Below are positions 38,601-53,900 of a stretch of DNA of 64,000 nucleotides, piece after piece. The DNA is from Eledone cirrhosa (Eukaryota). Below the pieces are notes generated by a model. The model was not told where the DNA came from and ran no database searches. It saw only the letters and a program-made list of their open reading frames with translations. The position numbers and the translations under genes were made by a program. Each line of letters begins with the position of its first letter. Within the stretch, counting starts at the first letter, position 1. The DNA is taken from assembly GCA_964016885.1 (NCBI GenBank), contig OZ024741.1, forward strand, positions 247,566,001 through 247,630,000, in the 5' to 3' direction.

Positions 38601-41600
38601 TCGCTGGCTGGAAATTATCTCCCCTTGGACGCTGGAAATTATAGCCCCTTGGAGGGCTGGAAATTATCTTCCCTTGGACGGCTGGAAATTATCTCCCCTT
38701 GATTTTTTTTACAAATTATCTCCCCCTGATTTTTTTTACAAATTATCTCCCCCTGATTTTTTTTTACAACTTATCTGCGCCTGATTTTTTTTAAAAAATT
38801 ATCTCCCCTTGGACGGCTGGAAATTATCTCCCCTTGGACGGCTGGAAATTATCTCCCCTTGGACGGCTGGAAATTATCTCCCCTTGGATGGCTAGATATT
38901 ACCTCCCCTTGGACGGCTGGAAATTATCTCCCCTTGATTTTTTTTACAAATTATCTCCCCCTGATTTTTTTTTACAAATTATCTCCCCCTGATTTTTTTT
39001 TAAAAATTATCTCCCCCTGATTTTTGTTTACAAATTATCTCCGCCTGATTTTTTTTAAAAAATTATCTACCCTTGGACGGCTGGAAATTATCTCCCCTTG
39101 GACGGCTGGAAATTATATCTCCTTGGACGGCTAGAATTTACCTCTCCTTGGACGGCTGAAAATTATCTCCCCTTGGACGGCTGGAAATTATCTCTCTTTG
39201 GACGGCTGGAAATTATCTCCCTTTGATTTTTTTTACAAATTATCTCCCTCTGATTTTTTTTACAAATCTCCCCCTGATTTTTTAAAAAAAATTATCTCCC
39301 CTTCGCTGGCTGGAAATTATCTCCCCTTGGACACTGGAAATTATAGCCCCTTGGAGGGCTGGAAATTGTCTTCTCTTGGACGGCTGGAAATTATCTCCCC
39401 TTGATTTTTTTTACAAATTATCTCCGCCTGATTTATTTTTTAAATTATCTCTCCTTGGACGGCTGGAAATTACCTCCCCTTGATTTTTTTTACAAATTAT
39501 CTCCCCCTGATTTTTTTTACAAATTATCTCCCCCTGATTTTTTTTTACAACTTATCTGCGCCTGATTTTTTTTAAAAAATTATCTCCCCTTGGACGGCTG
39601 GAAATTATCTCCCCTTGGACGGCTGGAAATTATCTCTCCTTGGACGGCTAGAATTTACCTCTCCTTGGACGGCTGAAAATTATCTCCCCTTGGACGGCTG
39701 GAAATTACCTCCCCTTGATTTTTTTTACAAATTATCTCCCCCTGATTTTTTTTTACAAATTATCTCCCCCTGATTTTTGTTTACAAATTATCTCCCCTTG
39801 GACGGCTGGAAATTATCTCCCCTTGGACCGCTAGAAATTACCTCTCCTTGGACGGCTGAAAATTATCTCCCCTTGGACGGCTGGAAATTATCTCCCCTTG
39901 ATTTTTTTACAAATTATCTCCCCCTGATTTTTTTTTTACAAATTATCTCACCCTGATTTTTTTTACAAATTATCTACCCCTGATTTTTTTTCACAAATTA
40001 TCTCCCCCTGATTTTTTTTACAAATTATCTCCCCCTGATTTTTTTTTTACAAATTATCTCCCCCTGATTTTTTTTACAAATTATCTCCGCCTGATTTTTT
40101 TAAATATTATCTCTCCTTGGCTGGCGGGAAATTATCTTCCCTTGGACGGCTGGAAATTATCTCCCCTTGGAAGGATGGAAATTATCTCCCCTTGGACGGC
40201 TGGAAATTATCTACCCCTGATTTTTTTTACAAATTATCTCCCCCTGATTTATTTTACAAATTATCTCCCCCTGATTTTTTTTTTTAAAATTATCTCCCCC
40301 TGATTTTTTTACAAATTATCTCCCCCTGATTTTTTTTACAAATTATCTCCGCCTGATTTTTTTAAATATTATCTTACCTTGGCTGGCGGGAAATTATCTC
40401 CCCTTGGACGGCTGAAAATTATCTCCCCTTGGACGGCTGGAAATTATCTCCCCTTGATTTTTTTTACAAATTATCTCCCCCTGATTTTTTTTTACAAATT
40501 ATCTCCGCCTGATTTTTAAAAAAAAATTATCTCCCCTTCGCTGGCTGGAAATTATCTCCCCTTGGACGCTGGAAATTATAGCCCCTTGGAGGGCTGGAAA
40601 TTATCTTCCCTTGGACGGCTGGAAATTATCTCCCCTTGATTTTTTTTACAAATTATCTCCCCCTGATTTTTTTTTACAAATTATCTCCCCCTGATTTTTT
40701 TTTACAAATTATCTCCCCCTGATTTTTTTTTTACAAATTATCTCCGCCTGATTTTTTAAAAAAATTATCTCCCCTTGGACGGCTGGAAATTATCTCCCTT
40801 TGGACGGCTGGAAATTATCTCCCCTTGGACGGCTAGAAATTATCTCTCCTTGGACGGCTGAAAATTATCTCCCCTTGGACGGCTGCAAATTATCTCCCCT
40901 TGATTTTTTTTTACAAATTATCTCCCCCTGATTTTTTTTACAAATTATCTACCCCTGATTTTTTTTACAAATTATCTACCCCTGATTTTTTTTACAAATT
41001 ATCTCCCCCTGATTTTTTTTTACAAATTATCTCCCTCTGATTTTTTTTTACAAATTATCTCCCCCTGATTTTTTTTTTACAAATTATCTCCCCCTGACTT
41101 TTTTACAAATTATCTCCCCCTGATTTTTTTTACAATCTCCGCCTGATTTTTTTAAAAATTATCTTCCCTTGGCTGGCGGGAAATTATCTCCCCTTGGACG
41201 GCTGGAAATTATCTCCCCTTGGAAGGATGGAAATTATCTCCCCTTGGACGGCTGGAAATTATCTCCCTTTGATTTTTTTTACAAATTATCTCCCTCTGAT
41301 TTTTTTTACAAATCTCCCCCTGATTTTTTAAAAAAAATTATCTCCCCTTCGCTGGCTGGAAATTATCTCCCCTTGGACACTGGAAATTATAGCCCCTTGG
41401 AGGGCTGGAAATTATCTTCTCTTGGACGGCTGGAAATTATCTCCCCTTGATTTTTTTTACAAATTATCTCCGTCTGATTTTTTTTTAAAATTATCTCTCC
41501 TTGGACGGCTGGAAATTATCTCCCCTTGATTTTTTAAAAAATTATCTCCCCTTGGAAGGCTGGAAATTATCTCCCCTTGGCTGGAAATTATCTCCCCTTG

Positions 41601-41960
41601 GACGGCTAGAAATTATCTCTCTTTGGACGGCTGGAAATTATCACCCCTTGAGTTTTTTTACAAATTATCTCCCCCTGATTTTTTTTACAAATCTCCCAGT
41701 GATTTTTTAAAAAAAATTATCTCCCCTTCGCTGGCTGGAAATTATCTCCCCTTGGACGCTGGAAATTATAGCCCCTTGGAGGGCTGGAAATTATCTTCCC
41801 TTGGACGGCTGGAAATTATCTCCCCTTGATTTTTTTTACAAATTATCTCCCCCTGATTTTTTTTACAAATTATCTCCCCCTGATTTTTTTTTACAACTTA
41901 TCTGCGCCTGATTTTTTTTAAAAAATTATCTCCCCTTGGACGGCTGGAAATTATCTCCCC
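35700..41960 (+). repeat. 3,126/3,127-bp near-identical tandem duplication spanning the 36,060 junction
   Basis: Pairs 36072/39198 (3,126), 38042/41169 and 38496/41623 (3,127). The 1-bp shift is a T8/T9 tract difference near 40,905. Junction near 38,830-38,860. Confidence 0.88.
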
Positions 41961-44900
41961 TTGGACGGCTGGAAATTATCTCTCCTTGGACGGCTAGAAT
42001 TTACCTCTCCTTGGACGGCTGAAAATTATCTCCCCTTGGACGGCTGGAAATTACCTCCCCTTGATTTTTTTTACAAATTATCTCCCCCTGATTTTTTTTT
42101 ACAAATTATCTCCCCCTGATTTTTTTTTACAAATTATCTCCCCCTGATTTTTTTTTACAAATTATCTCCCCCTGATTTTTTTTACAAATTATCTCCCCTT
42201 GGCTGGCTGGAAATTATCTCCCCTTGGAGGCTGGAACTTATCTCCCCTTGGACGGCTGGAACTTATCTCCCCTTGGACGGCTAGAAATTACCTCTCCTTG
42301 GACGGCTGGAAAATATGTCTCCTTGGACGGCTGGAAATTATCTCCCCTTGGACGGCTGGAAATTATCTCCCTTGGACGGCTGGAAATTATCTCCCCTTGG
42401 ATGGCTAGATATTACCTCCCCTTGGACGGCTGGAAATTATCTCCCCTTGATTTTTTTTAGAAATTATCTCCCCCTGATTTTTTTTTACAAATTATCTCCC
42501 CCTGATTTTTTATTACAAATTATCTCCCCCTGATTTTTGTTTACAAATTATCTCCGCCTGATTTTTTTTTAAAAATTATCTCCCCTTGGACGGCTGGAAA
42601 TTATCTCCCCTTGGACGGCTAGAAATTACCTCTCCTTGGACGGCTGAAAATTATCTCCACTTGGACGGCTGGAAATTATCTCCCCTTGATTTTTTTACAA
42701 ATTATCTCCCCCTGATTTTTTTTTACAAATTATCTACCCCTGATTTTTTTTTACAAATTATCTACCCCTGATTTTTTTTTACAAATTATCTCCCTCTGAT
42801 TTTTTTTACAAATTATCTCCCTCTGATTTTTTTTTTACAAATTATCTCCCCCTGATTTTTTTACAAATTATCTCCCCCTGATTTTTTTTACAAATTATCT
42901 CCGCCTGATTTTTTTAAATATTATCTCTCCTTGGCTGGCGGGAAATTATCTCCCCTTGGACGGCTGGAAATTATCTCCCCTTGGAAGGATGGAAATTATC
43001 TCCCCTTGGACGGCTGGAAATTATCTACCCCTGATTTTTTTTACAAATTATCTCCCCCTGATTTTTTTTACAAATTATCTCCCCTTGATTTTTTTTTACA
43101 AATTATCTACCCCTGATTTTTTTTACAAATTATCTCCCCCTGATTTTTTTTACAAATTATCTCCCCCTGATTTTTTTTTTACAAATTATCTCCCCCTGAT
43201 TTTTTTACAAATTATCTCCCCCTGATTTTTTTTACAAATTATCTCCCCTTGGAGGCTGGAATTTATCTCCCCTTGGACGGCTGAAAATTATCTCCCCTTG
43301 GACGGCTGGAAATTATCTCCCCTTGATTTTTTTTACAAATTATCTCCCCCTGATTTTTTTTTACAAATTATCTCCCCCTGATTTTTTTTACAAATTATCT
43401 CCCCCTGATTTTTTTTTACAAATTATCTGCCGCTGATTTTTTTTACAAATTATCTCCCCTTGGAGGCTGGAATTTATCTCCCCTTGGACGGCTAGAAATT
43501 ACCTCTCCTTGGACGGCTGGAAAATATGTCTCCTTGGACAGCTGGATATTATCTCCCCTTGGACGGCTGGAAATTATCTCCCCATGGACGGCTGGAAATT
43601 ATCTCCCCTTGGACGGCTAGAAATTATCTCTCCTTGGACGGCTGAAAATTATCTCCCCTTGGACGGCTGCAAATTATCTCCCCTTGATTTTTTTTATAAA
43701 TTATCTCCCCTTGATTTTTTTTACAAATTATCTACCCCTGATTTTTTTTACAAATTATCTCCCCCTGATTTTTTTTTACAAATTATCTACCTCTGATTTT
43801 TTTTTACAAATTATCTCCCCCTGATTTTTTTTTTACAAATTATCTTCCCCTGATTTTTTTACAAATTATCTCCCCCTGATTTTTTTTACAATCTCCGCCT
43901 GATTTTTTTAAAAATTATCTTCCCTTGGCTGGCGGGAAATTATCTCCCCTTGGACGGCTGGAAATTATCTCCCCTTGGAAGGATGGAAATTATCTCCCCT
44001 TGGACGGCTGGAAATTATCTCCCCTTGCACGGCTGGAAATTATCTCCCCTTGGCTGGAAATTATCTCCCCTTGGACGGCTAGAAATTATCTCTCTTTGGA
44101 CGGCTGGAAATTATCACCCCTTGAGTTTTTTACAAATTATCTCCCCCTGATTTTTTTTACAAATCTCCCAGTGATTTTTTAAAAAAATTATCTCCCCTTG
44201 GACGGCTGGAAATTATCTCCCCTTGGACGGCTGGAAATTATCTCGCCTTGGACAGCTAGAATTTACCTCTCCTTGGACGGCTGAAAATTATCTCCCCTTG
44301 GGCGGCTGGAAATTATCTCCCCTTGATTGTTTTTACAAATTATCTCCCCCTGATTTTTTTTACAAATTATCTCCCCCTGATTTTTTTTTACAAATTATCT
44401 GCCGCTGATTTTTTTTACAAATTATCTCCCCTTGGAGGCTGGAATTTATCTCCCCTTGGACGGCTAGAAATTACCTCTCCTTGGACGGCTGAAAATTATC
44501 TCCCCTTGGACGGCTGCAAATTATCTCCCCTTGATTTTTTTTATAAATTATCTTCCCCTGATTTTTTTTACAAATTATCTCCCCCTGATTTTTTTTACAA
44601 ATTATCTACCCCTGATTTTTTTTACAAATTATCTCCCCCTGATTTTTTTTTACAAATTATCTACCTCTGATTTTTTTTTACAAATTATCTCCCCCTGATT
44701 TTTTTTTTACAAATTATCTTCCCCTGATTTTTTTACAAATTATCTCCCCCTGATTTTTTTTACAATCTCCGCCTGATTTTTTTAAAAATTATCTTCCCTT
44801 GGCTGGCGGGAAATTATCTCCCCTTGGACGGCTGGAAATTATCTCCCCTTGGAAGGATGGAAATTATCTCCCCTTGGACGGCTGGAAATTATCTCCCCTT

Positions 44901-47900
44901 GCACGGCTGGAAATTATCTCCCCTTGGCTGGAAATTATCTCCCCTTGGACGGCTAGAAATTATCTCTCTTTGGACGGCTGGAAATTATCACCCCTTGAGT
45001 TTTTTACAATTTATCTCCCCCTGATTTTTTTTACAAATCTCCCAGTGATTTTTTAAAAAAATTATCTCCCCTTGGACGGCTGGAAATTATCTCCCCTTGG
45101 ACGGCTGGAAATTATCTCGCCTTGGACGGCTAGAATTTACCTCTCCTTGGACGGCTGAAAATTATCTCCCCTTGGACGGCTGGAAATTATCTCCCCTTGG
45201 AGGCTGGAACTTATCTCCCCTTGGACGGCTAGAAATTACCTCTCCTTGGACGGCTGGAAAATATGTCTCCTTGGACGGACGGATATTATCTCCCCTTGGA
45301 CGGCTGGAAATTATCTCCCCTTGGACGGCTGGAAATTATCTCCCCTTGGATGGCTAGATATTACCTCCCCTTGGACGGCTGGAAATTATCTCCCCTTGAT
45401 TTTTTTTACAAATTATCTCCCCCTGATTTTTTTTTACAAATTATCTCCCCCTGATTTTTTTTTAAAAATTATCTCCCCCTGATTTTTGTTTACAAATTAT
45501 CTCCGCCTGATTTTTTTTAAAAAATTATCTACCCTTGGACGGCTGGAAATTATCTCCCCTTGGACGGCTGGAAATTATATCTCCTTGGACGGCTAGAATT
45601 TACCTCTCCTTGGACGGCTGAAAATTATCTCCCCTTGGACGGCTGGAAATTATCTCCCCTTGATTTTTTTTACAAATTATCTCCCCCTGATTTTTTTTTA
45701 CAAATTATCTCCCCCTGATTTTTTTTTACAAATTATCTCCCCCTGATTTTTTTTTACAAATTATCTCCCCCTGATTTTTTTACAAATTATCTCCCCTTGG
45801 CTGGCTGGAAATTATCTCCCCTTGGAGGCTGGAACTTATCTCCCCTTGGACGGCTAGAAATTACCTCTCCTTGGACGGCTGGAAAATATGTCTCCTTGGA
45901 CGGCTGGATATTATCTCCCCTTGGACGGCTGGAAATTATCTCCCCTTGGACGGCTGGAAATTATCTCCCCTTGGATGGCTAGATATTACCTCCCCTTGGA
46001 CGGCTGGAAATTATCTCCCTTTGATTTTTTTTACAAATTATCTCCCCCTGATTTTTTTTTACAAATTATCTCCCCCTGATTTTTTTTTACAAATTATCTC
46101 CCCCTGATTTTTATTTACAAATTATCTCCGCCTGATTTTTTTTAAAAAATTATCTCCCCTTGGACGGCTGGAAATTATCTCCCCTTGGACGGCTAGAAAT
46201 TACCTCTCCTTGGACGGCTGAAAATTATCTCCCCTTGGACGGCTGGAAATTATCTCCCCTTGATTTTTTTACAAATTATCTCCCCCCGATTTTTTTTTTA
46301 TAAATTATCTCCCCCTGATTTTTTTTTACAAATTATCTACCCCTGATTTTTTTTTACAAATTATCTCCCCCTGATTTTTTTTACAAATTATCTCCCCCTG
46401 ATTTTTTTTTTACAAATTATCTCCCCCTGATTTTTTTACAAATTATCTCCCCCTGATTTTTTTTACAAATTATCTCCGCCTGATTTTTTTAAATATTATC
46501 TCTCCTTGGCTGGCGGGAAATTATCTCCCCTTGGACGGCTGGAAATTATCTCCCCTTGGAAGGATGGAAATTATCTCCCCTTGGACGGCTGGAAATTATC
46601 TACCCCTGATTTTTTTTACAAATTATCTCCCCCTGATTTTTTTTACAAATTATCTCCCCCTGATTTTTTTTACAAATTATCTACCCCTGATTTTTTTTAC
46701 AAATTATCTCCCCCTGATTTTTTTTACAAATTATCTCCCCCTGATTTTTTTTTTACAAATTATCTCCCCCTGATTTTTTTACAAATTATCTCCCCCTGAT
46801 TTTTTTTACAAATTACCTCCGCCTGATTTTTTTAATTATTATCTTCCCTTGGCTGGCGGGAAATTATCTCCCCTTGGACGGCTGAAAATTATCTCTCCTT
46901 GGACGGCTGGAAATTATCTCCCCTTGAATTTTTTACAAATTATCTCCCCCTGATTTTTTTTTTACAAATTATCTCACCCTGATTTTTTTTACAAATTATC
47001 TACCCCTGATTTTTTTTTACAAATTATCTCCCCCTGATTTTTTTTAAAAATTATCTCCCTCTGATTTTTTTTTTACAAATTATCTCCCCCTGATTTTTTT
47101 ACAAATTATCTCCCCCTGATTTTTTTTACAAATTATCTCCGCCTGATTTTTTTAAATATTATCTCTCCTTGGCTGGCGGGAAATTATCTCCCCTTGGACG
47201 GCTGGAAATTATCTCTCCTTGGAAGGATGGAAATTATCTCCCCTTGGACGGCTGGAAATTATCTCCCCTTGATTTTTTTTACAAATTATCTCCCCCTGAT
47301 TTTTTTTTACAAATTATCTCCGCCTGATTTTTAAAAAAAAATTATCTCCCCTTCGCTGGCTGGAAATTATCTCCCCTTGGACGCTGGAAATTATAGCCCC
47401 TTGGAGGGCTGGAAATTATCTTCCCTTGGACGGCTGTAAATTATCTCCCCTTGATTTTTTTTACAAATTATCTCCCCCTGATTTTTTTTTACAAATTATC
47501 TCCCCCTGATTTTTTTTTACAAATTATCTCCCCCTGATTTTTTTTTTACAAATTATCTCCGCCTGATTTTTTTAAAAAAATTATCTCCCCTTGGACGGCT
47601 GGAAATTATCTCCCTTTGGACGGCTGGAAATTATCTCCCCTTGGACGGCTAGAAATTATCTCTCCTTGGACGGCTGAAAATTATCTCCCCTTGGACGGCT
47701 GCAAATTATCTCCCCTTGATTTTTTTTACAAATTATCTCCCCCTGATTTTTTTTACAAATTATCTCACCCTGATTTTTTTTACAAATTATCTACCCCTGA
47801 TTTTTTTTACAAATTATCTCCCCCTGATTTTTTTTTACAAATTATCTCCCTCTGATTTTTTTTTACAAATTATCTCCCCCTGATTTTTTTTTTACAAATT

Positions 47901-50900
47901 ATCTCCCCCTGATTTTTTTACAAATTATCTCCCCCTGATTTTTTTTACAATCTCCGCCTGATTTTTTTAAAAATTATCTTCCCTTGGCTGGCGTGAAATT
48001 ATCTCCCCTTGGACGGCTGGAAATTATCTCCCCTTGGAAGGATGGAAATTATCTCCCCTTGGACGGCTGGAAATTATCTCCCTTTGATTTTTTTTACAAA
48101 TTATCTCCCTCTGATTTTTTTTACAAATCTCCCCCTGATTTTTTTAAAAAAATTATCTCCCCTTCGCTGGCTGGAAATTATCTCCCCTTGGACACTGGAA
48201 ATTATAGCCCCTTGGAGGGCTGGAAATTATCTTCTCTTGGACGGCTGGAAATTATCTCCCCTTGATTTTTTTTACAAATTATCTCCGCCTGATTTTTTTT
48301 TTAAATTATCTCTCCTTGGACGGCTGGAAATTATCTCCCCTTGATTTTTTAAAAAATTATCTCCCCTTGGAAGGCTGGAAATTATGTCCCCTTGGCTGGA
48401 AATTATCTCCCCTTGGACGGCTAGAAATTATCTCTCTTTGGACGGCTGGAAATTATCACCCCTTGAGTTTTTTTACAAATTATCTCCCCCTGATTTTTTT
48501 TACAAATCTCCCAGTGATTTTTTAAAAAAAATTATCTCCCCTTCGCTGGCTGGAAATTATCTCCCCTTGGACGCTGGAAATTATAGCCCCTTGGAGGGCT
48601 GGAAATTATCTTTCCTTGGACGGCTGGAAATTATCTCCCCTTGATTTTTTTTACAAATTATCTCCCCCTGATTTTTTTTACAAATTATCTCCCCCTGATT
48701 TTTTTTTACAAATTATCTGCGCCTGATTTTTTTTAAAAAATTATCTCCCCTTGGACGGCTGGAAATTATCTCCCCTTGGACGGCTGGAAATTATCTCTCC
48801 TTGGACGGCTAGAATTTACCTCTCCTTGGACGGCTGAAAATTATCTCCCCTTGGACGGCTGGAAATTACCTCCCCTTGATTTTTTTTACAAATTATCTCC
48901 CCCTGATTTTTTTTTACAAATTATCTCCCCCTGATTTTTTTTTACAAATTATCTCCCCCTGATTTTTTTTTACAAATTATCTCCCCCTGATTTTTTTTAC
49001 AAATTATCTCCCCTTGGCTGGCTGGAAATTATCTCCCCTTGGAGGCTGGAACTTATCTCTCCTTGGACGGCTAGAAATTACCTCTCCTTGGACGGCTGGA
49101 AAATATGTCTCCTTGGACGGCTGGAAATTATCTCCCCTTGGACGGCTGGAAATTATCTCCCTTGGACGGCTGGAAATTATCTCCCCTTGGATGGCTAGAT
49201 ATTACGTCCCCTTGGACGGCTGGAAATTATCTCCCCTTGATTTTTTTTAGAAATTATCTCCCCCTGATTTTTTTTACAAATTATCTCCCGCTGATTTTTT
49301 ATTACAAATTATCTCCCCCTGATTTTTGTTTACAAATTATCTCCGCCTGATTTTTTTTTAAAAATTATCTCCCCTTGGACGGCTGGAAATTATCTCCCCT
49401 TGGACGGCTAGAAATTACCTCTCCTTGGACGGCTGAAAATTATCTCCACTTGGACGGCTGGAAATTATCTCCCCTTGATTTTTTTACAAATTATCTCCCC
49501 CTGATTTTTTTTTACAAATTATCTACCCCTGATTTTTTTTTACAAATTATCTACCCCTGATTTTTTTTTACAAATTATCTCCCCCTGATTTTTTTTACAA
49601 ATTATCTCCCCCTGATTTTTTTTTTACAAATTATCTCCCCCTGATTTTTTTACAAATTATCTCCCCCTGATTTTTTTTACAAATTATCTCCGCCTGATTT
49701 TTTTAAATATTATCTCTCCTTGGCTGGCGGGAAATTATCTCCCCTTGGACGGCTGGAAATTATCTCCCCTTGGAAGGATGGAAATTATCTCCCCTTGGAC
49801 GGCTGGAAATTATCTACCCCTGATTTTTTTTACAAATTATCTCCCCCTGATTTTTTTTACAAATTATCTCCCCCTGATTTTTTTTTACAAATTATCTACC
49901 CCTGATTTTTTTTACAAATTATCTCCCCCTGATTTTTTTTACAAATTATCTCCCTCTGATTTTTTTTTTACAAATTATCTCCCCCTGATTTTTTTACAAA
50001 TTATCTCCCCCTGATTTTTTTTACAAATTATCTCCCCTTGGAGGCTGGAATTTATCTCCCCTTGGACGGCTAGAAATTACCTCTCCTTGGACGGCTGGAA
50101 AATATGTCTCCTTGGACGGCTGGATATTATCTCCCCTTGGACGGCTGAAAATTATCTCCCCTTGGACGGCTGGAAATTATCTCCCCTTGATTTTTTTTAC
50201 AAATTATCTCCCCCTGATTTTTTTTTACAAATTATCTCCCCCTGATTTTTTTTACAAATTATCTCCCCCTGATTTTTTTTTACAAATTTTCTGCCGCTGA
50301 TTTTTTTTACAAATTATCTCCCCTTGGAGGCTGGAATTTATCTCCCCTTGGACGGCTAGAAATTACCTCTCCTTGGACGGCTGGAAAATATGTCTCCTTG
50401 GACGGCTGGATATTATCTCCCCTTGGACGGCTGGAAATTATCTCCCCATGGACGGCTGGAAATTATCTCCCCTTGGACGGCTAGAAATTATCTCTCCTTG
50501 GACGGCTGAAAATTATCTCCCCTTGGACGGCTGCAAATTATCTCCCCTTGATTTTTTTATAAATTATCTCCCCCTGATTTTTTTTACAAATTATCTCCCC
50601 CTGATTTTTTTTACAAATTATCTACCCCTGATTTTTTTTACAAATTATCTCCCCCTGATTTTTTTTTACAAATTATCTACCTCTGATTTTTTTTTACAAA
50701 TTATCTCCCCCTGATTTTTTTTTTACAAATTATCTTCCCCTGATTTTTTTACAAATTATCTCCCCCTGATTTTTTTTACAATCTCCGCCTGATTTTTTTA
50801 AAAATTATCTTCCCTTGGCTGGCGGGAAATTATCTCCCCTTGGACGGCTGGAAATTATCTCCCCTTGGAAGGATGGAAATTATCTCCCCTTGGACGGCTG

Positions 50901-53900
50901 GAAATTATCTCCCCTTGCACGGCTGGAAATTATCTCCCCTTGGCTGGAAATTATCTCCCCTTGGACGGCTAGAAATTATCTCTCTTTGGACGGCTGGAAA
51001 TTATCACCCCTTGAGTTTTTTACAAATTATCTCCCCCTGATTTTTTTTACAAATCTCCCAGTGATTTTTTAAAAAAATTATCTCCCCTTGGACGGCTGGA
51101 AATTATCTCCCCTTGGACGGCTGGAAATTATCTCGCCTTGGACGGCTAGAATTTACCTCTCCTTGGACGGCTGAAAATTATCTCCCCTTGGGCGGCTGGA
51201 AATTATCTCCCCTTGATTTTTTTTACAAATTATCTCCCCCTGATTTTTTTTACAAATTATCTCCCCCTGATTTTTTTTTACAAATTATCTGCCGCTGATT
51301 TTTTTTACAAATTATCTCCCCTTGGAGGCTGGAATTTATCTCCCCTTGGACGGCTAGAATTTACCTCTCCTTGGACGGCTGAAAATTATCTCCCCTTGGA
51401 CGGCTGGAAATTATCTCCCCTTGATTTTTTTTACAAATTATCTCCCTCTGATTTTTTTTTACAAATTATCTCCCCCTGATTTTTTTTTACAAATTATCTC
51501 CCCCTGATTTTTTTTTACAAATTATCTCCCCCTGATTTTTTTTACAAATTATCTCCCCCCTGATTTTTTTACAAATTATCTCCCCTTGGCTGGCTGGAAA
51601 TTATCTCCCCTTGGACGGCTGGAAAATATGTCTCCTTGGACGGACGGATATTATCTCCCCTTGGACGGCTGGAAATTATCTCCCCTTGGACGGCTGGAAA
51701 TTATCTCCCCTTGGATGGCTAGATATTACCTCCCCTTGGACGGCTGGAAATTATCTCCCCTTGATTTTTTTTACAAATTATCTCCCCCTGATTTTTTTTT
51801 ACAAATTATCACCCCCTGATTTTTTTTTTAAAATTATCTCCCCCTGATTTTTGTTTACAAATTATCTCCGCCTGATTTTTTTTAAAAAATTATCTACCCT
51901 TGGACGGCTGGAAATTATCTCCCCTTGGACGGCTGGAAATTATATCTCCTTGGACGGCTAGAATTTACCTCTCCTTGGACGGCTGAAAATTATCTCCCCT
52001 TGGACGGCTGGAAATTATCTCCCCTTGATTTTTTTTACAAATTATCTCCCCCTGATTTTTTTTTACAAATTATCTCCCCCTGATTTTTTTTTACAAATTA
52101 TCTCCCCCTGATTTTTTTTTACAAATTATCTCCCCCTGATTTTTTTACAAATTATCTCCCCTTGGCTGGCTGGAAATTATCTCCCCTTGGAGGCTGGAAC
52201 TTATCTCCCCTTGGACGGCTAGAAATTACCTCTCCTTGGACGGCTGGAAAATATGTCTCCTTGGACGGCTGGATATTATCTCCCCTTGGACGGCTGGAAA
52301 TTATCTCCCCTTGGACGGCTGGAAATTATCTCCCCTTGGATGGCTAGATATTACCTCCCCTTGGACGGCTGGAAATTATCTCCCTTTGATTTTTTTTACA
52401 AATTATCTCCCCCTTATTTTTTTTACAAATTATCTCACCCTGATTTTTTTTTACAAATTATCTCCCCCTGATTTTTGTTTACAAATTATCTCCGCCTGAT
52501 TTTTTTTAAAAAATTATCTCCCCTTGGACGGCTGGAAATTATCTCCCCTTGGACGGCTAGAAATTACCTCTCCTTGGACGGCTGAAAATTATCTCCCCTT
52601 GGACGGCTGGAAATTATCTCCCCTTGATTTTTTTACAAATTATCTCCCCCCGATTTTTTTTTTACAAATTATCTCCCCCTGATTTTTTTTTACAAATTAT
52701 CTACCCCTGATTTTTTTTTACAAATTATCTCCCCCTGATTTTTTTTACAAATTATCTCCCCCTGATTTTTTTTTTACAAATTATCTCCCCCTGATTTTTT
52801 TACAAATTATCTCCCCCTGATTTTTTTTACAAATTATCTCCGCCTGATTTTTTTAAATATTATCTCTCCTTGGCTGGCGGGAAATTATCTCCCCTTGGAC
52901 GGCTGGAAATTATCTCCCCTTGGAAGGATGGAAATTATCTCCCCTTGGACGGCTGGAAATTATCTACCCCTGATTTTTTTTACAAATTATCTCCCCCTGA
53001 TTTTTTTTACAAATTATCTCCCCCTGATTTTTTTTACAAATTATCTACCCCTGATTTTTTTTACAAATTATCTCCCCCTGATTTTTTTTACAAATTATCT
53101 CCCCCTGATTTTTTTTTTACAAATTATCTCCCCCTGATTTTTTTACAAATTATCTCTCCCTGATTTTTTTTACAAATTATCTCCGCCTGATTTTTTTAAA
53201 TATTATCTTCCCTTGGCTGGCGGGAAATTATCTCCCCTTGGACGGCTGAAAATTATCTCCCCTTGGACGGCTGGAAATTATCTCCCCTTGATTTTTTTAC
53301 AAATTATCTCCCCCTGATTTTTTTTTTACAAATTATCTCACCCTGATTTTTTTTACAAATTATCTACCCCTGATTTTTTTTTACAAATTATCTCCCCCTG
53401 ATTTTTTTTACAAATTATCTCCCCCTGATTTTTTTTTTACAAATTATCTCCCCCTGATTTTTTTACAAATTATCTCCCCCTGATTTTTTTTACAAATTAT
53501 CTCCGCCTGATTTTTTTAAATATTATCTCTCCTTGGCTGGCGGGAAATTATCTCCCCTTGGACGGCTGGAAATTATCTCCCCTTGGAAGGATGGAAATTA
53601 TCTCCCCTTGGACGGCTGGAAATTATCTACCCCTGATTTTTTTTACAAATTATCTCCCCCTGATTTATTTTACAAATTATCTCCCCCTGATTTTTTTTTT
53701 AAAAATTATCTCCCCCTGATTTTTTTACAAATTATCTCCCCCTGATTTTTTTTACAAATTATCTCCGCCTGATTTTTTTAAATATTATCTTACCTTGGCT
53801 GGCGGGAAATTATCTCCCCTTGGACGGCTGAAAATTATCTCCCCTTGGACGGCTGGAAATTATCTCCCCTTGATTTTTTTTACAAATTATCTCCCCCTGA

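Larger units (their letters stand above)
26550..45645 (+). repeat. 6,461-bp tandem duplication, seen as offsets 9,510 / 6,461 / 9,588 because of the two ~3.1-kb duplications within it
   Basis: 28164/37674 and 28986/38496 (9,510); 31581/38042 (6,461); 32611/42199 and 35675/45263 (9,588). At ~36,060 the sequence jumps back to the 26,550-equivalent position. Confidence 0.8.
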
